The notes beneath the pieces are model-generated. The model was not told where the DNA came from and searched no databases. It saw only the letters and a list, made by a program, of their open reading frames with translations. DNA of 61,433 bases, the filler included, from Dimargaris cristalligena (taxonomy: Eukaryota): assembly GCA_003614675.1 (NCBI GenBank). It is 2 parts of 2 records of this genome, joined end to end, with 100 filler letters (N's around TTAATTAATTAA, not from the genome) between each part and the next. Parts side by side here need not be neighbours in the genome. Positions count along the whole stretch, not along the records: positions 30,821 to 61,433 come from ML002453.1; 1 more part is not named here. One strand, given 5' to 3'. Below are positions 30,821 to 42,859 of this stretch, piece by piece. Within the stretch, counting starts at the first letter, position 1. Every line of letters starts with the position of its first letter. A program made the position numbers and the translations under genes.

Positions 30821-31878
30821 GCTGGTAGTACAATTAAGCCGAGAGAAGGTGGTCCAGAGGAAGCGTCCTCTGGGATAAGGTAGCCCAAGTGAATTGATAG
30901 TCCGCATTTCTCAAAATTGGTGTAGTCGGCCGGGCTGAGGTCGACCAACCCATTGTTCTCGCCTTGTTTCAACGAGCGTTCAATCAGCGAAGCCAGGGCT
31001 TGCGTCGCAGCCGGTAGGTGATCCCTAAGCGGGGCCAAAGTTGGGGATGGAACCAATCCGACTGCACACTCGGTATTGGCTGCATAGTGGCAGTTCGGAC
31101 ACTGTAACACCGTATCCTCACCCGCGGTGGATGTATAGTGGAATTCGTGGGACTCGTCCCCTCCGATATTACCGCCATCGGCCCGTGCTTCAATAAACGG
31201 AAGTCCGACGGCCTTAAAAAATTGCCGGTAGGCCAACCGCATAGCAAGGTAGGTATCTAAAGCGGAGCGCCGATCAGCATCGAAGGTGTATAAATCCTTC
31301 ATAACGAATTCCCGGGCCCGGAGTAAGCCCGCCCGCGGCCTTAATTCGTCCCGGAATTTCCGGCCGACTTGGTAGAGGCGCAGCGGCAACTGCCGGAGTG
31401 ACGTGACCTCACTTCCGATTAGCTGGGTAATTTCCTCTTCGTGGGTGGGACCTAGGCAATAGGACGCACCCTTGCGGTCCTGGAGTCGAATCAGCTCCGA
31501 TCCAGTGGTATCCCACCGCCCGGTGCGTTTCCATAATTTGGCGGGCAGGAGGTTTGGCAACGTCAGTTTATGGGCTTCGGCGTAGTGGAGCATGGTCCGG
31601 TCGACCAGGGATTCCAAGTGGGCGAGGACCTTTTGGCCCAGGGGCAGCAGGGTGTAAATGCCGGTACTTGAGGCCCGGATAAACCCGGCCCGAACCATAA
31701 GGCGGTAGCTCGGGGTGCTGGTATCCAGCGACGGGCCTGATTCGGCTTTTAAGGTGGGTGCGTACAGGCGGGACATGCGTTCGCGGTAAAACCGCCGCTG
31801 GGCCCTGGGTTGGATCAGTGAGCCAGGTTGGGTGAATGGGGCCGCTCGCCCCGCTGACTTGGCGAAAGCGCGCAACAT
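30821..31878 (-). CDS. Mitochondrial (bacterial-type) prolyl-tRNA synthetase, 5' part only; truncated by the gap
   Basis: LMVRAGFIRASSTGIYTLLPLG, LWKRTGRW, CLGPTHEEEIT, LPLRLYQVGRKFRDELRPRAGLLRAREFVMKDLYTFD, GNIGGDESHEFH and CPNCHYAANTE. Likely ATG at 31878 (MLRAFAKSAGR presequence). Motif 3 and the anticodon-binding domain are not visible. Confidence 0.9.
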
Positions 31879-32416
31879 GTGCTTAAGGGGGTGGACGGAC
31901 TTGAAGGTGCCGTAAGGTATAGAGGGAGTGGGGAATAATCTAGGAAAAACAGTTGCCAGAGGTAACGACGAATATAGTCCTGCAAATAACAACTCTGTGT
32001 AGTATTCAGCCAGTTTTAGGATACTGGGGGCGCAGGCTAGCAAATGGCTTCCCCTGGCCTTGGAAAAAAGGTTTCTATTCGAAGTCTCGGTATGGTTCCT
32101 GGCAATCGCCTTCCATACTGACCGGATTCCTAACGAAACCTCAGAATGGGTTGCGACCTTGAGTCGGGTTGGGACTTTAACCTACTGCTCTCCTTACTGT
32201 CGCCCGCCTTTCTCTATTTCTATTATTTCCACTATTGCTATACCCGTGTTTTGGGCATTACCTGACTTTACACTTACAAGACCACTCGACCCCAGTATTT
32301 AGGCCCTTTTCCAACTATATTTCCCCATCAGACTGCTGTCACTCAACCCGATACACCCCAAAGCCACTTTTTTAAGCCAGAGTCCGCTCATATATACGGC
32401 CTCTTTATCGTCAACC

Positions 32417-32662
32417 ATGCTGAGCCGGCAACCCACCCGATTAACTCTAACTCCTACCGATTTGAACGCTTTCGAAGAGCGGCGACTGGAATACGCCCAG
32501 CAGCACCCCGAACTCCTCACCCGGTTCGCCGAAACCATACGGCCCACGGGGGCATCCACAACCGGGGCTTCTGCGACTGATCCCCAGCCCGGCACTCTCG
32601 AGGCTAAACTCGCCGAACGGACCAAAAAAACAACTGCTCAGCGTATCGGACTTGATCCTTAG
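32417..32662 (+). CDS. CDC26: Anaphase-promoting complex small subunit Cdc26; 81 aa
   Basis: N-terminus MLSRQPTRLTLTPTDLNAFEERR matches the Cdc26 signature MLRRxPTxLxLxxxDIxxFE; gene is divergent from the ProRS gene. Confidence 0.8.
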   Translation: MLSRQPTRLTLTPTDLNAFEERRLEYAQQHPELLTRFAETIRPTGASTTGASATDPQPGTLEAKLAERTKKTTAQRIGLDP

Positions 32663-33366
32663 GCATTCTTTACCAAGGGCTACATTCGCAACACGTCGTT
32701 CTAGTTGCCTATGAATTCCCAGCATAAAACCGTCTGAACTCTATAGCCATGCCATTTATCATGTATAACACCCCCCGTCAATTCCTCAGCTTTAAATAAT
32801 AAATCTATGGTGATAGTAATGACTAACCGCCTGATTGGAGCTATATTGTAGTACTGCTGGGGTCTACCGACTCTATATGTCCCCATTTTCGGAAGCACAT
32901 TATTGATTTTAAAAGTGACATTTAACAGTTCCTACCCCCATCGTTTTTACAAATTATACTAGTTTCAATCTTAGGTCGGTGCCGTGTTTTGCTATTCGAG
33001 TTGTTGAATATAATATAGCCCGAATTGGCGATTTGTCTGATAGAAATTAGCTATTTAGGCCAACTGGTCGATATTGAATGTCCTCGTTTAGTTTCTGACG
33101 ATAGTGATGGATTTTACAATAGTGCAATGAGATTGGGCAATATTAACCATACACCCACCAACATATTAATCCTAATAGCATCATCAAGTGGGTAAGCTAT
33201 GTCAGTAATTTTATTGAGGTATATTGGAGGGAAAAGATTACATACCCATATACCCGCAGGGTTCTTGTCCATGGCAATTGCTTAGAATGATTTGTATTCA
33301 ATATCCATCAACAATACATCAGGAATATTAAATACGGCCCTGTCAATTCGAATTGACGCTGTTTGT

Positions 33367-33936
33367 CTAGCTCTCTCTGTTCATACTACTCGTGGCCACA
33401 ATCGCTGCAAGTGCTCCTGCACCACCAATGACAGTACATAGCATACACAGCGCCGACGATGCGCTCATTCTGGGTCTTTCCAACCCGCCTGTCCTAGAGG
33501 CATATATACCAAGTTCAAGCATGTGGGAGTCCATATCAAATGGACCCTCTCTCGTTCCGGCGTCGAAGTCGTCCATTTGGGTAATCGTGGGCCCACGGTA
33601 AGTTGGGGGCGCGTGAGGATAGACTGTTAATTCGCTTGATATAGAGATACGTGATTCAATTTGGGGGCTAACCACGTCTTCTGCCAATGGGTTTGAGTGC
33701 TCACCTCTGGTGGTCCCTTCCTCTTCAACGCCAACTATGGTATCATCATCACTCAGAGGCTGAGTGTCCGGCTCGGAATATCGGTTTGGTGCGTCTATAG
33801 TACCTGGTGACTGGAGATTCGAACTGGAGGAGACATCGTTTAATCGATCAGGCAAGTCGCTATCGGAATACCCAACCGGACTAGCCAAAGTGCCTCCGGA
33901 AATCGCACAGCACAACAGGATCCATGATGGCAGCAT
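33367..33936 (-). CDS. Orphan protein with N-terminal signal peptide, acidic Ser/Asp/Pro-rich middle and C-terminal hydrophobic helix; 189 aa
   Basis: Starts MLPSWILLCCAISGGTLA-SP and ends ALCMLCTVIGGAGALAAIVATSSMNRES; ATG-initiated ORF within AT-rich flanks; TATA-like sequence upstream (~34143-34153). Confidence 0.6.
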   Translation of the reverse strand: MLPSWILLCCAISGGTLASPVGYSDSDLPDRLNDVSSSSNLQSPGTIDAPNRYSEPDTQPLSDDDTIVGVEEEGTTRGEHSNPLAEDVVSPQIESRISISSELTVYPHAPPTYRGPTITQMDDFDAGTREGPFDMDSHMLELGIYASRTGGLERPRMSASSALCMLCTVIGGAGALAAIVATSSMNRES

Positions 33937-35495
33937 AGTAGACCGTTTTGATCACACTGTAAATTAAAGGGTGGGATAGCGTGTACAGGTGAGCAGTATA
34001 AAGTGAATATCAAGAATATAAGATTATGATGGGGGTCTACACACTACCACTGAAATACCTTAAGGGAATTCAAGAGACAACTATGTATAATTGTGGGTTA
34101 ATTGTAAATATACAACCAAGAGGAGGAACTAAGGCCAGTGCTATTTAATAAATAGGATCATCTTGATATTCTATACACATATTTTCATCTAATATCTAAA
34201 TAATCCTTCAATAAATTAACCTTTATTTACCTTTTCTCCAAATTACATTGGGGTGAATCTAGTGAGCTGGATACACCCCACCGCGCGCTAATTGTAACAC
34301 AAGGCTGGTAACGAAATCAAATCAAAATAAAACTACAACCTATAGGGCATGGTTTAGCCGACTCATTGTGCGGCCTTCCCCAATGTCTATCTTTGAAGAC
34401 CTAATTGGCTGAAAGCTGGGTTGGCCTATTGACACCAATTGGGGGTATAAAGGAGGCTATACTAGGTATACAAAAAGTACTGCCGGATTTCAATGGCTTT
34501 ATACCTAAATTATCTCTGGTAAATGGGGCTTTATCACCACCCAATTCCTTTTTCATTACCTATATGCACCACCTTCTCTTGAAGATGTCCCACCACGGAC
34601 AGTATAATTTTGTGTTTCGGCCTGATTATAGTAGTTTATCGACATACACTGTAATCACGCGTTTAGCCACTTAAGTTGAGCTATAGCTGGTGTCACCCCT
34701 TACATAAGGATATATTGTTATATACCTCTACGATTGCCAACAGCCCCCCCCCCCAAATTATCTCATCCAGCCCGGACAACAGTATGATTCCACTGTGTAG
34801 GAAGCTGGTGCTATCAGCGTTGGGTCACGCTGAAAAGGGGCTAGCATCTCCCACCCGCATCCCTAAGCACCATAGCTCAACTGGCGTCCTACAGCCACAC
34901 AAGCTTTCCTAGGGCGGATTAAGATTTAGTAATATACATTAGTTCGAAAGGACGAATATAATTGATTCGGACTAATAAAAATAATGAGCAAAAGTGGACC
35001 ACGTCCGCTAAGCAAAAAAAAAACCCCAATATATTGTGCTTCAATATTGTTCTGTAGTGTATCAAAATGTAGTGTTTTAGAGAGTTGGTGTCGATTGATA
35101 AGGAACATCCGATATATTGATAATGCAGTCGCTTAATGAAGATAGTTACGAAAACATTGAAGCCATAAATAGTAAATTAAAGACTCACAATGGTGCAAGG
35201 GTATATGAGGTAGATACGTTTAAAGGCGTGGTAAAGGGAGGTGCGCTTTAGAAATGTAATGAAAATAAAACCCGATAGACGATTGAGGTGGATACATGTG
35301 CTCATATAGCAGAAGCAATTCAGACTAGACGCTTGGATCAAATACACAAAGATATGCTAGACAGTTGACCCCAACTACTGTCTAATGCACTGAATTCTGC
35401 TGACCCTTTCCACTGCTCTTAATGTAGACGGCTCATACATGGTGTTGGCTCTATGGGGCCCGCTATCTCCAGCGGTTGCGGCGTTAACAGATTCA

Positions 35496-35732
35496 TTATT
35501 GGGGGACTTGGGCTTTACGACCCATTCCTAGCCGATTTTTCACTTTTTCAACACCGTTCCTGGCGCTGCTTTTGATTTGCTTGTATTTTTCAATAGCATG
35601 ACCTACGGCGAAGCCAACCTGTGAGCTTATGGGGTACGTTCCGGCAGATCGGGGTTGCGGCAAGGGTGAGGCTGCGACGAGCATGGCACCGATAAGAGCA
35701 ATGGAGATAAGTAGTTGGCAGAACTTAACCAT
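35496..35732 (-). CDS. Small secreted cationic peptide precursor; 78 aa
   Basis: Signal peptide MVKFCQLLISIALIGAMLVAA-SPLPQP followed by a Lys/Arg-rich, Cys-free segment; ATG context AGCATGG. Confidence 0.6.
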   Translation of the reverse strand: MVKFCQLLISIALIGAMLVAASPLPQPRSAGTYPISSQVGFAVGHAIEKYKQIKSSARNGVEKVKNRLGMGRKAQVPQ

Positions 35733-36514
35733 GCTGAGGGTAGTTAGGAAGCTGGGTGACAAAAAAGGTGAAACGAAATGAATAACTTAGGGTAGACAAG
35801 CTATAAACTTCTCAATATAGGGTAGTGGCAATGTGGGGATAAGGATTGCGGTAATGAAGTAGACTGTAAATGATGTGGGACGGTGATTAAAAGTAAAGCG
35901 CCATCTGTGGTATTTATTTAGTTGTCTGGCAATCGGGTGGCGGGCTGAATTAGGTGGACCTCCTACCATCTAATACAACTAATAGACTCGTTAAACCACC
36001 AGGTATCTTTCCTTCAGTCTCGGGGGACTCTCTCTGATGTGTCGTAGATGAACGGCCACCTAATAACTGCCAGAACTCCCCCCCCCATCTCTCTGCTGTC
36101 TCGACTCTTGGGATATAACAAAGGGATTGGCACTACGCTAATTTACGGGTAACACCTGGTATCCAAGAGTCGGGCGGGGGGTCGTCAAAACCACCATTTC
36201 TCGCCCTTCTCTTGTTTCTGGTCAAACTGCCGTGCAGACAGGAAGCACATCCCAGTCCCCACAGGCTACCAATTCAAGTCGCCTATAAGATTATCCGCCG
36301 AGTATGCCTTGATTTCTGTTGTATAATGGGGACTGGCATTCGAGTTTGGGTCCAAGCGATTGCAATACAAATTGAGCTGCCACTTCTCAAAGAGATCAAC
36401 ACACCAGATGCCGATTAGTTTTACTTGCGGGGCTCATTTCGCTATGCCTTCTGGTCAGACTGCTGCCCCCACTTTCCCCTCTTCATAATTTACCCATCTG
36501 ATCGCCGATCTGCG

Positions 36515-37796
36515 TTGGGTGTACTTCAATACAACATTCCCTCTTACCCAGAAATGGGCTGCTCAGATCATCTGGCCAATTTACTTACATTTTAATCAGC
36601 TGGTCATTAATTTACTCAACAATCAATATATATTAAATATAGAGTAACCTATTTGACCCTGCCCTCCCTCCATAGCATCCCACCTCTCTATCCTGCTCAT
36701 TCACTCCAACTCCTCTTAAATACAATGAACACCTAACAGGAATTAATATCAGTGCATTAACCCCTCCCCCCATGTTTGTGGTACTAATATCACCCTAACT
36801 TGTGTCCATTGGACAATTAGCTGTTTTAGTCAAGGTAACTTGGTAAGAAAATATTGATGTTATAGATTTTGCAAGCCCTGTTTACTGGAATTTACTAATT
36901 ATTATTATTTTTAGAGTACATTTTTCTAGCTAAATAATAAGTTGTTGGCCCTCCTAACCTAACCTAAATCTGGACTTAATAATTGTCCACCCTTATTAGG
37001 CCTTATAGAACCATATTAACCCTCCCATAGTTACCCCCAGTACTATGGGATCATCATTTATTATATAACCCTTCTCCTTCCAGCCCCAATGCTTTGCACA
37101 AAACACCCAACCTGCTGATCCAAAGACTCTTCCAGTTCCTATAAGAGTCTTCCCAATATAAAGCCTATCTGGTTAGTCTATACCATAGTTTAGTAGTATC
37201 TCCCCTTGGGACCTCCCTCTAGAGCTGTCCCTACATATATATAACTGGGCCCCATTAGGACTGGTTAGTTTCCTTAGCTTATTCATATCCCCTAGTTTAC
37301 CTCAATAAACTCTATATATGTGTACTCCCCTTTGTACTGACTAGTAAGTGTGCTGCTGTACATCCTTTACATAATCCCATTACCTAAGCCTTTATTGGTT
37401 AGTACTGTGCCCCCATCCTAACACTAGTAGCCTGCTTGGCCAAGCCTAAGCCCTACCTACCATTAGAAGCCTATCCTCAGGACTCTTGATGGACTAAGAG
37501 TGGTTAACCTGGGTAGCATAAATAATAAGCTGTCCAGAAATAGTTAAAAATGTGATACATAAATGTGCCATTTTATACTACTGTACCCCTACTAGTCTAG
37601 CTAAAAGCACATGAATAAGTAACTAAACCAATAAGTCAGGGTCTACTAAAACTTGCCTTTACCATTAGCCCCCATTTATTACTAGTACTCAATCACAAAT
37701 ACCAGCTGTTTTTTAGTAATTTTTCATAAAATGAACTTATATTTATTATGATAACTATTCCCTGAACATATTTGTTGCCTAGCAGATTTAGGCATT
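36515..37796. other. CpG-free island, probable decayed repeat or transposon relic
   Basis: No CG dinucleotide found by eye across ~1280 bp although both C and G are common; no ORF of 60 aa or more lies wholly inside it. Confidence 0.6.
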
Positions 37797-38516
37797 CGCG
37801 TTGGGACACAGTGGTTCATTTGGAGATGCCTCGAAATCCCCGCAACGAGTAAGAAACTTCGGAGGTTAAACAGTATGGGATTAGGCTGAAAGGAAAGAAA
37901 CGGATCAAAAACTGACGCCACAACTAGAGAAGGGACTGTGCAGAAGTGGGGTATACTTGAAAGATAACGGGGGAATGCTGTTGGGTTGGGGAAGGTGGGC
38001 TATAATAGTTTCATGACGAAGAGTCTATTGAACACTATCCACAGTGCTCTTGTTGGACGTTTCATTATACCGAGTATAATTTAACCACAATGGAAACAGT
38101 ATACCAGCAGTGTACCGGGGGATTGGAAGAATAAGGCTGCCAATTGGGAGAGCCTGAAGCTGGTCATTATTCCATCAGACCTGGGTATTTTTTTAGATGG
38201 ATTAGAGGTATTTATATCCCACGGCACGGCTGCGGAGTAACTAAGCATAATTTAGACAACTTGGGTCCGCTGTGGCCATATCTGGCCCATAACTAGAAGA
38301 GTGGAACCTGGCAGGACTCTCCAACTTGCTGACTCTTTCGGTTCCAAAGTTCGGCATTGCCTACTTCTTCTTTCATCCTGTGACTGTTGCTGGCTCGCCC
38401 CATTGACTCGACTATCCCCGTACGGTTACTCTTTATTTCAAGCCCCGCCGCCTTCGACTCAAGCGTCCCTCCCTTGGATTGTCAATTGCCCTTTCAGCTA
38501 CCCCAGTAGGCCGACT

Positions 38517-41442
38517 ATGAATTCCCCCGGTTGCCACCTTCCCAACGCATGGTGCTCCCATGTGATGGGTGCGGAGTACTGCTCCACCTCGGTACCCGTG
38601 GTGTACAAGGATGAGTGCACCCTATGTTTCGATACCCAGGTACAGCACATCCCTCTTTTATATACACCCCCTCCTATATAATGCTCGGGCCCGCGCGCTA
38701 ATGTATGGGGCCAACTTCTGCCCCCCATACTATCATTCATGCCGAACAGTTTCCACACGGTGGTTTTTGCGGGCGTTATTCCATGGGACTCGTACCGGGG
38801 CTTCCTATTGTGGCGTTATAACTCACCTGCTTCCATGGTTTGCTTGGATTTCGCCTACATTTCCCAGGATTCCGCGGGTGGCCTCGATATCTGCCTCAAA
38901 TGCTTTAACGGTGGCTGTACAGACACGATACGGCAGCATGGCTTTAAACACTACCAGAAGACTGGCCATACTTTGGCCCTCAATATTAAGCGCACCCTAA
39001 AACCCTCCGTAAGTGATCAGTGGATACAGTATTCCCTTCGTTAGTCTGTAGAGCCCATGGGCTACCCAAGTCCCAAGCGGTTGAAATACCAAAAGTCGGC
39101 CGAAGAGTTCCTCTTGCGATCAAGTTTGGTTGCAAATGCATATCCTTTACCCTCCATCCCACCACAATTTAAATATTCTCTCTTGGACGAGTATCCGCCC
39201 CAAACCTACCTATTCCAGCCGATGTACTCAATTCATTAACCAATTTCGAACCCCCCCCCCCGACTATACTTTACCTGTTCAGTATCAACAAGACTCCCCC
39301 AAGCCCGCCAAAATTAGCAAGCTGGCGATCGTGGAAGAGGCTAACGATGAAGAAAAATATCAGCATACTACTGCCCTTAAATGCTACGCCTGTGCCCTCA
39401 CACTTCCCTGCGACCCCCTCCCTGAGGCGGTGGCCCTTGCCGTTACCGTGATTAATACTTCCCTTTCCGCGACCAAGAAGTCCGAGATTCAGAGCTGGGA
39501 AGCCGATGACCTGATGCCTTGTGAACACACCCTGACCCTTGGCCCTTCCGCCTCTAATAGCGGCGCTCGGGACCATTGCCATGAGTGTGATTTAACAAAT
39601 AATCTCTGGCTGTGCCTCACCTGCGGCAACGTGGGCTGTGGCCGTCGTCATTTCGACGGGTCAGGTGGTAACAATCACGGCATTTCTCATTTCGAGATCA
39701 CCGGCCACCCCGTTGCCTGTAAACTAGGAACTATTAGCCCTGAAGGAACGGCGGATGTATACTGTTACCTTTGTGACGACGAACGTACCGATCCTGATCT
39801 GGCTGACCACTTGGCTGCCTTTGGTATCAACATCGACCATGTCCACAAAACGGACAAGAGTATGGCCGAGCTGCAGCTGGAAAAGAACAACGAGTTCGAT
39901 TTTAGCATGACCACAGAAGACGGCAAGCAGTTGCTTCCACTTTTCGGTCCGGGCCTGACTGGCCTGGTGAATCTAGGTAACAGCTGCTATATGGCTTCGG
40001 TTCTCCAGTGTGTCATGGCTATCCCCGCCTTCCGCGACCGGTATTTCTCCTTGGCCGCCAGCCATCCCCTAACCTGCCCGGAACAGCCCGCCCGCTGCTT
40101 CTTCTGCCAAACGGCCAAACTGGCCGAGGGTATGTTTAGTGGTCGGTATTCCGTCCCCCTCGAATCCGGTGACAATCAATCGGAAATGCGGGGCCAGGCC
40201 GGTATCTCGCCGCGCATGTTCAAAATGCTCATTGGCGCGGGCCACCCGGATTTTGCCACTATGCAACAACAGGATGCCTACGAATTCTTCCAACAGTCAG
40301 TCAAAGTAACCCACCAAAAAGAACGTGCGGTGGAAGGTGGAGTTCACGACCCAACCAAAGAGTTTGACTTTCAGCTGGAGGAACGTCTCCAATGCCTGCA
40401 GTGCAAACGGGTGCGATACACGACAGTAAAGACCAATGCGTTGACCCTGCCCATCCCCGAGTCCGAATCACCCCTATCGCTCCGGGACTGTCTCGACCAG
40501 TGGTCGGGCCCGGAATCCATCGAGCAGTACCGCTGTCCCCACTGCCGGACTGCCACCATTGCCCAAAAGACGGTTCGGTTCGCCACTTTCCCGGCCTTTT
40601 TGGTGCTACACATGGGCCGCTTCCAGCTGATCAACTGGGTTCCCCAAAAGGTCCAAACGGCGGTCAACCTGCCCTGCCGTGTGTCGGGTTCGGGGGACGA
40701 CGCCCCCATTGACTTAGAGCGTTACCGTAGCCACGGCCAACAGCCCGACGAGATCTCCCTTTTGGAGGATTCCCCGCAGGCTGAAGCACCAGCCCCGGTC
40801 GACGCCTTGGACTTGGCCGTGTTGGATCAACTCATGGCCATGGGGTTCCCCGAGGTGCGCTGCCGGAGGGCCTTACACCAAACGGGTTATAACGGAGCGG
40901 GGATTGCCATGAATTGGCTTCTGGAGCATATGGATGACCCTAACATTGACACTCCCCTTCCGACCGACGGTGGAAACTCCCATAGTGCCCCCGGGGCAGG
41001 TGCCGCCAGTAGTAGTCGCCCCGTCGATGCTGATCAGCTGATGATGTTGGTGGGTATGGGTTTCGGGGACGATCATGCCACGCGGGCTCTGGAACAGACG
41101 GGACACGACTTAGAGCGAGCCATCGAATGGATTTTCAGCCATCCGGAGGGCGACTATGATCAGGCGACCGGGTCTTCGGGCGAGGGTGGATTGGCGATGT
41201 CCGGCAACCCAATCGATGACGGGGAGGATTTGGCCACCGCTGCCCGTCACCCCGGACATTACCAGCTGCAGAGTTTCATCTCCCACAAGGGTACCTCCAT
41301 CCACTGTGGCCACTATGTGGCCCACACTTGGCACCCGGAGCATAACACTTGGGTGCTGTTCAATGACAACAAAGTGGTAGCGGCCCCGGAACCCCCCGTG
41401 TCGGGAGCCTATGTGTACTTTTTACGCCGAGAACAGTCGTAA
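38517..41442 (+). CDS. UBP14: Ubiquitin C-terminal hydrolase 14 (USP5/isopeptidase T family); 3 exons, ~807 aa
   Basis: Exons 38517-38639, 38868-39008 and 39283-41442. Motifs VYKDECTLCFD, ZnF-UBP NLWLCLTCGNVGCGR, Cys box GLVNLGNSCYMAS, QQDAYEF, two UBA domains (MGFP, MGFG) and His box HKGTSIHCGHYVAH. Confidence 0.95.
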
Positions 41443-42004
41443 ACTCCATTTACTTTATATCCGATATACTAAGTTATAGTTTTCTACATTTTATTTTTAT
41501 TTTCTCTTTGCCAACGTTTTATTATCACTGTTCTCCAACCACTGACGTTTATGCAGTCTTACAACCATACCAATTGTTTTAAAACAAATGAATAAAACAT
41601 ATCTAGAACATAAAATGAATGATTGGACGCGTGGTCAGTAAGCTGCCTCTGAAATAGTTGTATTTTACAATGGAGCGGCGGCCTTTATAGATGTCTCTTG
41701 GGAAGTGTGGTTTTCAGTATACTTAGTGGCGCTGTTCACACACGCAAATGCTCCCCAGGTTGTAGAGTGTGAATTGATTGTTATTGTATTTTTCTTTTGA
41801 AACGTCTACCATTATTTTTGGCGTGGTATTAAGGTTTCCGGTATCCCCTCGGCTATTGATTTGATGCACCTTAGTAACTGAGATTATAATCATGTTGACT
41901 GAATGGATAAACCAATGTTGCTAGATAGAAGTGATAGGCCCCCATCAATTTACCATGAAACAGCTCGTCAACTAAATGGACAGACTACTTTGACCATTTC
42001 TAAG

Positions 42005-42024
42005 GTCACATGACATCACATGAC
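42005..42024. promoter_or_regulatory. Tandem E-box-like elements upstream of the snoRNA host gene
   Basis: GTCACATGAC immediately followed by ATCACATGAC (CACATG core twice); function inferred. Confidence 0.4.
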
Positions 42025-42312
42025 TTTGAAAATATACCGCCCATCTTTTATTTTTTTTATTGATGAAGCCAGATTTCACTCAGAATTTTTTGCTTCCCAA
42101 TATTCTTGATACGTTTACAAAAAAAACGGACTAGTATTTAACCCATTTGGTTCCAGGCCTAATTGGAGAATCAACTGCTTCATCATTTATATTCTTCTAT
42201 GTGGGTATAGGTTTGGGTATTGTCTATTCCAATAATCGGTAAGTTAAACCTCTATTTTCGCGTCTTGTAGTTTACGTGCATCCTGACTGTGTCTCTTTCA
42301 GGATGCACTCTT

Positions 42313-42412
42313 GTGTAGGATTGATGATCATTGAAGACGAGTCTAAAGAGGTTATCTCTCATGTCGACAAACCCTTTCATTTGGCAATTATTTTTTTTGG
42401 CTGACCGAACAC
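42313..42412 (+). ncRNA. Box C/D snoRNA, snR75/SNORD15-like (25S Gm2288-equivalent guide, imperfect)
   Basis: C box TTGATGA at 42321; GAAGACGAG-T-CTAA resembles the snR75/U15 element GATGACGAG-T-CTGA; D box CTGA at 42401; imperfect terminal stem GTGTAGG/CCGAACAC; sits immediately upstream of the snR74-like RNA. Confidence 0.55.
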
Positions 42413-42607
42413 CCAAGCAGCATTGAATACGTGTCTGGAACTGGCTTTGACAGTGACTAATACCTTGTAACCGCCCTGTCCTTGTACTACTTCCATCAAA
42501 CCCCTTAGATCGTGTTATGTTTATAATAAATGATGTAGTTCGTTGACCATTTGTAGTTCGCGACAGTAAGGTAATTGCCGATTTTATTTATGCTAAATCG
42601 CAAACTA

Positions 42608-42675
42608 ATGGTAATGATGTATTAATATTTAACAAGCATATGTCTGACTAGTGATGACAAATAGGACTGAATCAT
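42608..42675 (+). ncRNA. Box C/D snoRNA snR74/SNORD27 homolog (18S Am28 equivalent)
   Basis: C box ATGATGT at 42614; guide ACAAGCATATG 42632-42642 is complementary to the conserved 18S 5' sequence CATATGCTTGT; D' CTGA at 42644, C' GTGATGA at 42651, D CTGA at 42667; terminal stem ATGGT/ATCAT. The D+5 rule lands on yeast-numbered A28. Confidence 0.88.
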
Positions 42676-42859
42676 CAATACCGAGATTTGGTGGGATGTT
42701 TTGAATGTTCTGGTGACTAACTGCTGAATACCCGGATCCACTTTACTTCCTTCGAATAGTTTAATAGAAACCTTGTCACGAAAGGTCAATGTGTTCGTCG
42801 TTTCAGTTTTCAGTTAATTGGTAAGTTTCGCTGAGCTTGTTATACTACCCTGTCGCTCT

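Noticed and set aside
42060-42200. Further C-box-like TTGATGA at 42060 as a snR76/77/78 candidate
   Set aside because: No recognisable rRNA-complementary guide or suitably placed D box, and it is not intronic.
42239-42301. Alternative short 63-nt intron ending at TTTCAG 42301
   Set aside because: Possible, but the longer intron to 42508 has a stronger branch site and matches the one-snoRNA-per-intron layout of the next two introns.
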